Shown here one piece after another: positions 59,402 through 64,000 of a stretch of 64,000 nucleotides of DNA. The DNA is from an uncultured Spirochaetales bacterium (GTDB lineage: Bacteria > Myxococcota_A > UBA9160 > SMWR01). The stretch lies in contig CAZZFT010000003.1 in assembly GCA_964653555.1 (NCBI GenBank), forward strand, positions 13,642-77,641, given 5' to 3'. A model generated the notes under the pieces. That model was not told the origin of the DNA. It did no database searches and saw only the letters and a list, made by a program, of their open reading frames with translations. The translations under genes were made by a program, and so were the position numbers. Numbering within the stretch: position 1 is the first letter of the stretch; the number at the start of each line of letters is the position of its first letter.

Positions 59402-60412
59402 TTGAGGTCGATACTTCGGTCGTTCGCGAGCGCCCTGCTGCTCGTCGCGCCGCTGCTGACGGTCACCGGCCAGGCAGCGGACGCGCAGAGCTTCTATTCG
59501 ATCAGCGGCACGATCAACATGAAGTACGCCGCGTTCCCGAAGATCTTCATCGGCCCGAGGACGGCCGTGGCCCAGGGCACGGGCGTGGGCGTAGTGGACT
59601 TCTCGATACCGCCCGATCTGTGGAAGACCTCCACCGTCAAGTTCGGCGTGTACCCCGCCTATCCGTCGGTCGCACAGGTGTTGGCGACGTCGACCACCAG
59701 CCATCCGTCACCGGCCAATCTGGCCGCCGGTAGCGGCCCCGGCAGCCTCGCCTGGTGTCCGCCGGCCGGCAATCCGGTGAACCCGGTCTGCACGAACCCC
59801 GCGGCCGCGACGGCGGGACTGAACGGGCTGCTCGTGTACAGCGCCGGGCCGAACCAGTTCGGCGGCTCGATCAACCTGATCACGCACGTCAAGGGCGAGG
59901 TCTCCCGCCGGATCGCGACGGGCCCGAGCCAGTTCAATCACGTCCCCGTGTCCAGCACCGGAGCCTGGCTCGCGGGCGGACCCTACGAGGGCTCGATCTT
60001 CGCGCAGCGTCCCCCCGGCGTGATCACCCAGAGCCCGGTGCTCGGGCCCAGCGGCTCGATCCAGACGCCGGGCTTCTACGTCGGTCTGGGACCGACGCCG
60101 CCCTCGATCCTCCAGACCGGACTTCCCCTGACCACGGGCATGATCGTGGGTCGGGATTCCCGGCCGTCTCCGTTCACGCTCACGCTCAGCGGCTATGACA
60201 ACCGCAACGCCTCGGGCGTCGGGACGATCCAGCTCGTCGGCGGCTCGTTCTTCAATCAGCCCGCGGCCAGTCCGGCGCAGTCCTTCCCGGGGAACACCAC
60301 CATCAAGCTGACACTGCCCGAGCCGAGCGCCGTGGCTGGCCTCGCCATCGGGGCCGTGGCGCTGCTGGGTCTCTGGCGCCTGGCGAAGCGCCGCGACGGA
60401 ACACGCAGCTGA
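59402..60412 (+). CDS. PEP-CTERM-like sorted surface protein
   Basis: N-terminal signal peptide; Gly/Pro/Thr/Ser-rich body; C-terminal LPEP + TM helix + KRR. Confidence 0.82.
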   Translation: MRSILRSFASALLLVAPLLTVTGQAADAQSFYSISGTINMKYAAFPKIFIGPRTAVAQGTGVGVVDFSIPPDLWKTSTVKFGVYPAYPSVAQVLATSTTSHPSPANLAAGSGPGSLAWCPPAGNPVNPVCTNPAAATAGLNGLLVYSAGPNQFGGSINLITHVKGEVSRRIATGPSQFNHVPVSSTGAWLAGGPYEGSIFAQRPPGVITQSPVLGPSGSIQTPGFYVGLGPTPPSILQTGLPLTTGMIVGRDSRPSPFTLTLSGYDNRNASGVGTIQLVGGSFFNQPAASPAQSFPGNTTIKLTLPEPSAVAGLAIGAVALLGLWRLAKRRDGTRS

Positions 60413-60634
60413 CAGCGGTTCCCAAAGCGCCGAGCCGGGGAGCGAGGACGAGCGGGACGCGGATGTCTCCGCCTCCCGCCGTCCCTCGATCTGTCACGCG
60501 AACCAGCCGACGAGCGCGCCTTCGCGCTGGAGGGCGCGTCTTCCAGCTGGCGACGCTCGGCTTGAGCGGCGCTGGCACCGAACCTCTCGCGACCTCCGTC
60601 GCCGTGATGCGGCGCCGCCCCCGAGGAGGACACC

Positions 60635-62092
60635 GTGATCGAGCGCAAGGAGCTGTTCATCGGCGGCCGCTGGGAAGCGCCGGTCGTCTCCGCGCAGACC
60701 GACGTCATCTCCCCGGCGACCGAGGAGGTCGTCGCGACGGTCCCGGCCACATCGCCGGCCGACGTCGACCGCGCCGTAGCCGCTGCGCGCACCGCCTTCG
60801 ATGACGGCGCGTGGTCGGCGCTACCCGCCGAGGACCGGGCCGCCGCGCTAGACCGGCTCGCCGGCGAGCTCGAGGCGCGCGTTGCAGAGTTCTCCCATGC
60901 CATCACACTATGCATGGGCGCCCCGGTCCAACTCTCGGGCCCGCAGGTGTTCCTCGCCGCGATGGTGCTGCGTTCGGACGCCGCGCTCGTGCGCGAGTTC
61001 CCGTTCACCGAGATCCGCCGCGGGGCGCTGCTGCCCGCATCGGTCGAGCACGAGCCGGTCGGCGTCGTCGCGACCATCCCGGCGTGGAACGGCTCGCTGC
61101 TGATGAACGTGCTCAAGATGGGGCCTGCCCTCGCCGCGGGTTGTACCGTCGTCGCAAAGCCGGCCGCCCAGGCGCCCCTCGACGCGCTGCTCCTCGCCGA
61201 GGCAGTCGAGGCCGCCGGCTTCCCCGATGGGGTCGTGAGCATCCTCCCCGGCGGCGGCGACATCGGGGCCTACCTCGTCGAGCACCCGGACGTGGACATG
61301 GTGTCGTTCACGGGATCGGTCGCGACGGGGCGCCAGGTGGGCGAGTCCTGCGGGCGGCAGCTCAAGCGCTGCACGCTCGAACTCGGCGGGAAGTCGGCCG
61401 CGATCGTGCTCGATGACGCCCACCTCGGCACCCTCGCCGCGGGCATCGCGATGGGGTCCTTCGCCAACTCCGGCCAGATGTGCAACGGCTTCACCCGGCT
61501 GATCGTCCCCGAGGCACGCCACGATGACTTCGTCGACGCGGTCGTCGCCGCCGTCCGCCAACTCGCCGTCGGGGATCCCTTCGACGAGGCCACGATGCTC
61601 GGCCCGCTGGGCTCCGCGGCGCAGCGCGACCGCGTCGAGTCGTACATCCGGGCCGGGCTCGAGGAGGGCGCGACCCTCGCCGTCGGCGGTGGTCGTCCCG
61701 AGCACCTCGAACGCGGCTACTACGTCGAGCCAACGGTGTTCGTGAACGTCGACAACTCCATGCGCATCGCCCGCGAGGAGATCTTCGGCCCGGTCCTTTC
61801 GGTCATCCCCTACGACGGGAGCGAGGAGGTCGCGATCCGCATCGCCAACGACTCCGAGATGGGACTGCACGGCGCCGTGTTCAGCGCCGACGAGGCCCGT
61901 GCGTACCGCATCGGTCGGCGCATCCGCACCGGGACGTTCTCGATCAACGGGTTCTCCGTGAACCCGGGCGTGCCGTTCGGTGGCTACAAGGACTCCGGGC
62001 TCGGTCGGGAGTCCGGGATCGAAGGCCTCAAGTCGTTCCTCGAGGTCAAGACCATCCACCTCACCGAAGATCTCGCGACCGAACTGAGCTGA
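60635..62092 (+). CDS. Aldehyde dehydrogenase
   Basis: FTGS, LELGGKS, NSGQMC and EEIFGP motifs. Confidence 0.94.
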   Translation: MIERKELFIGGRWEAPVVSAQTDVISPATEEVVATVPATSPADVDRAVAAARTAFDDGAWSALPAEDRAAALDRLAGELEARVAEFSHAITLCMGAPVQLSGPQVFLAAMVLRSDAALVREFPFTEIRRGALLPASVEHEPVGVVATIPAWNGSLLMNVLKMGPALAAGCTVVAKPAAQAPLDALLLAEAVEAAGFPDGVVSILPGGGDIGAYLVEHPDVDMVSFTGSVATGRQVGESCGRQLKRCTLELGGKSAAIVLDDAHLGTLAAGIAMGSFANSGQMCNGFTRLIVPEARHDDFVDAVVAAVRQLAVGDPFDEATMLGPLGSAAQRDRVESYIRAGLEEGATLAVGGGRPEHLERGYYVEPTVFVNVDNSMRIAREEIFGPVLSVIPYDGSEEVAIRIANDSEMGLHGAVFSADEARAYRIGRRIRTGTFSINGFSVNPGVPFGGYKDSGLGRESGIEGLKSFLEVKTIHLTEDLATELS

Positions 62093-62122
62093 ACCGACCC
62101 CGACCCGACCAGGAGCACCCTC

Positions 62123-63199
62123 GTGAAGGCAGCCCTCTACACCGGTTCCTCCGAGGTCCTGACGGTCGAGGACGTGCAGCCGCTGGCGCCCGGGCCCCGG
62201 GACGTCATCGTGCAGGTCGAGGCCGCCGGCGTGTGCCACAGCGACCTCGGGATCCTGCGCCACGCCCCGCCCGGGTTCCCGACCGCCGTGCTCGGTCACG
62301 AGGCTGCGGGGCGCATCGTGGAGGTCGGCACCGAGGTCAGGACCCTCCAGCAGGGCGACCGCGTCGTCAGCACCATCATCGCCTCGTGCGGCCGCTGCTA
62401 CTTCTGCACCCGTGGTGAGGTGTACCTGTGCGCCGACCCCGACAACGTCGCGTTCCGGCCACGCCACAAGCTCGCCTCCGGCGATGTGGCCGTCGCGTTT
62501 GCTGGGCTCGGCGCGTTCGCGGAACGCATCATCGGCGACGAGGGATCGTTCGTGAAGGTCGACACGGATCTCCCCGCCGAACAGCTCGCGCTGCTGGGGT
62601 GCGGGCTGTCCACGGGGCTGGGGGCCGCCCTCCACACCGGCGGCGTCACCTTCGGCGACTCCGTCGTCGTGATCGGTACCGGCGGCGTCGGGATGGCGGC
62701 CGTGCAGGGGGCACGCATCGCCGGCGCGGGACGGATCATCGCCGTCGATCTCGTCGAGATGAAGCGCACGCATGCGTTGACCCTCGGAGCGACCGACGAG
62801 ATCGACCCTTCCGCTGGCGATGCGGTGGAAGCGGTCCGGGAGCTCACGGGGGGTCTGGGCGCCGACGTGGTCATCGAGGCGGTCGGGGCGGAGCCGACGA
62901 TCACCCAGGGCAACGCGATGCTGCGCCGTGGCGGCACGCTCGTCCTCGTGGGCATGCCGCGGGCCGGTACCACCGTGACCATCGACCCCATCGACGTGGG
63001 GTGGGGCGGCAAACGCATCGTCGGATGCGTGTTCGGGAACACCCACGCGCAACGTGACATTCCCCGCTACGTGCAGTTGGCGGAGCGGGGCCTGCTCGAT
63101 CTCGACGCGATGGTGAGCCGCACGCTCCCGCTCGACGAGATCAACGATGCCTTCTCCGCGCTCGAATCCGGAGAGGTCATCCGGTCCGTGATCCGCTGA
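62123..63199 (+). CDS. Zn-dependent alcohol dehydrogenase
   Basis: GVCHSD, GHE, CGRCYFC...C and GTGGVG motifs. Confidence 0.93.
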   Translation: MKAALYTGSSEVLTVEDVQPLAPGPRDVIVQVEAAGVCHSDLGILRHAPPGFPTAVLGHEAAGRIVEVGTEVRTLQQGDRVVSTIIASCGRCYFCTRGEVYLCADPDNVAFRPRHKLASGDVAVAFAGLGAFAERIIGDEGSFVKVDTDLPAEQLALLGCGLSTGLGAALHTGGVTFGDSVVVIGTGGVGMAAVQGARIAGAGRIIAVDLVEMKRTHALTLGATDEIDPSAGDAVEAVRELTGGLGADVVIEAVGAEPTITQGNAMLRRGGTLVLVGMPRAGTTVTIDPIDVGWGGKRIVGCVFGNTHAQRDIPRYVQLAERGLLDLDAMVSRTLPLDEINDAFSALESGEVIRSVIR

Positions 63200-63265
63200 C
63201 GACCGGGGATGCTGCGGGCCGCAGAGCGGATCCGCGAGGAGACCGCCCGGCGAAGCCCTCCCCCG

Positions 63266-64000
63266 TCACGAGGCGCCGAAGGCGGCCGCGCGAGTGGCGG
63301 CGTTCTGACGCACGCTCGCGTAGAAGAGCGCCACATCGAGCCAGTGGTAGTTGTCCTGGCCGAGATAGAAGGGCACATCGCCGAAGCCATCGGAGCGGAT
63401 CTGCGTCACGCGCAGAACCCCGTCTAGGCACTGCGCGTCGGCGACCGCCGGCACGATGCGTCCTTCCGCAAGGGAGAGTCCGCCGGGATTCCCATCGTGC
63501 GGTACGCGAGCCCCGTCGGTCTGCCAGCTGAGCGGGTTGACGCAGACGGCGTCGCTCATGTCCATGAACGGCTGCCAGCCCGGCCCCCCCGTCTGCCACG
63601 AGACCAGGCAACCGGTTGCCGCCGCCGACGTACAGACCGGGATGTCCGGGAGCTTCGCGGCGATCTCGGCTCTCGGGACCGCGTAGCCGATTGGATACGC
63701 CGCCACGAGCCGGGACCGCAGCGCCGTGCCCGAGACGCGCCGCTCGAGGAGCGTCACCACGTGGCGAGCCCCCTGGCTGTGTCCGGCGACGATGAAGGGC
63801 GTATCGCCGCCGATCCGAGCGAGGAAGGACTCGAACGCCGCCTCGACGTCGCCGTAGGCGACGTCGAGGGCGCGAGCCCCTCCCCCCTCCAAGTCGAAGA
63901 AGGATCCGAGGCTCGCCTGCCGGTAGCGCGGCGCATAGACGGCGCAGCAGCCGTCGAAGACGCTCGCCTGACCGCGCAGGACGAATCTGTCGGTGAGCTG
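63266..64000 (-). CDS. DUF3089-like alpha/beta hydrolase (5' end outside window)
   Basis: Frame is open to the window edge; QASVF, YAPRYRQA, AGHSQG and CVNPLSW motifs. Confidence 0.82.
   Translation of the reverse strand, partial: QLTDRFVLRGQASVFDGCCAVYAPRYRQASLGSFFDLEGGGARALDVAYGDVEAAFESFLARIGGDTPFIVAGHSQGARHVVTLLERRVSGTALRSRLVAAYPIGYAVPRAEIAAKLPDIPVCTSAAATGCLVSWQTGGPGWQPFMDMSDAVCVNPLSWQTDGARVPHDGNPGGLSLAEGRIVPAVADAQCLDGVLRVTQIRSDGFGDVPFYLGQDNYHWLDVALFYASVRQNAATRAAAFGAS

Noticed and set aside
60635-64000. Possible horizontally acquired ALDH/ADH segment with slightly different codon usage
   Set aside because: This is an impression only. I could not compute GC3 and saw no mobility genes or flanking repeats.

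Overview
This is a very GC-rich, gene-dense bacterial window with about 61 CDS. I recognised no rRNA, tRNA, CRISPR array or transposase. A PEP-CTERM-type protein and lipoprotein signals point to a Gram-negative host, possibly a Myxococcota-like lineage (inference). Nearly all of it is catabolic: 9 SDRs, 5 luciferase-like oxidoreductases, 3 paralogous KshA/Nvd-like Rieske oxygenases, 3 amidohydrolases, 4 crotonases, 4 NTF2/SnoaL proteins, an HmgA-like dioxygenase, an atu/liu-like acyl-CoA carboxylase cluster, an Lrp-E1-E2 2-oxoacid dehydrogenase locus and an ALDH/ADH pair. The main hidden signal is a 16-bp pseudo-palindrome (YTGATA-NN-A-NN-STCAS, mostly ending CTCAG). It occurs in nine intergenic regions between 11.3 and 54 kb, seven of them divergent promoters, including upstream of all three Rieske genes and of a TetR regulator at 54284-54931. 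That regulator carries sequence signatures of the Vibrio quorum-sensing master regulators LuxR/HapR/SmcR. Together these suggest a large catabolic regulon run by a LuxR/HapR-like repressor. Family assignments come from motif recognition by eye; no database searches were run.
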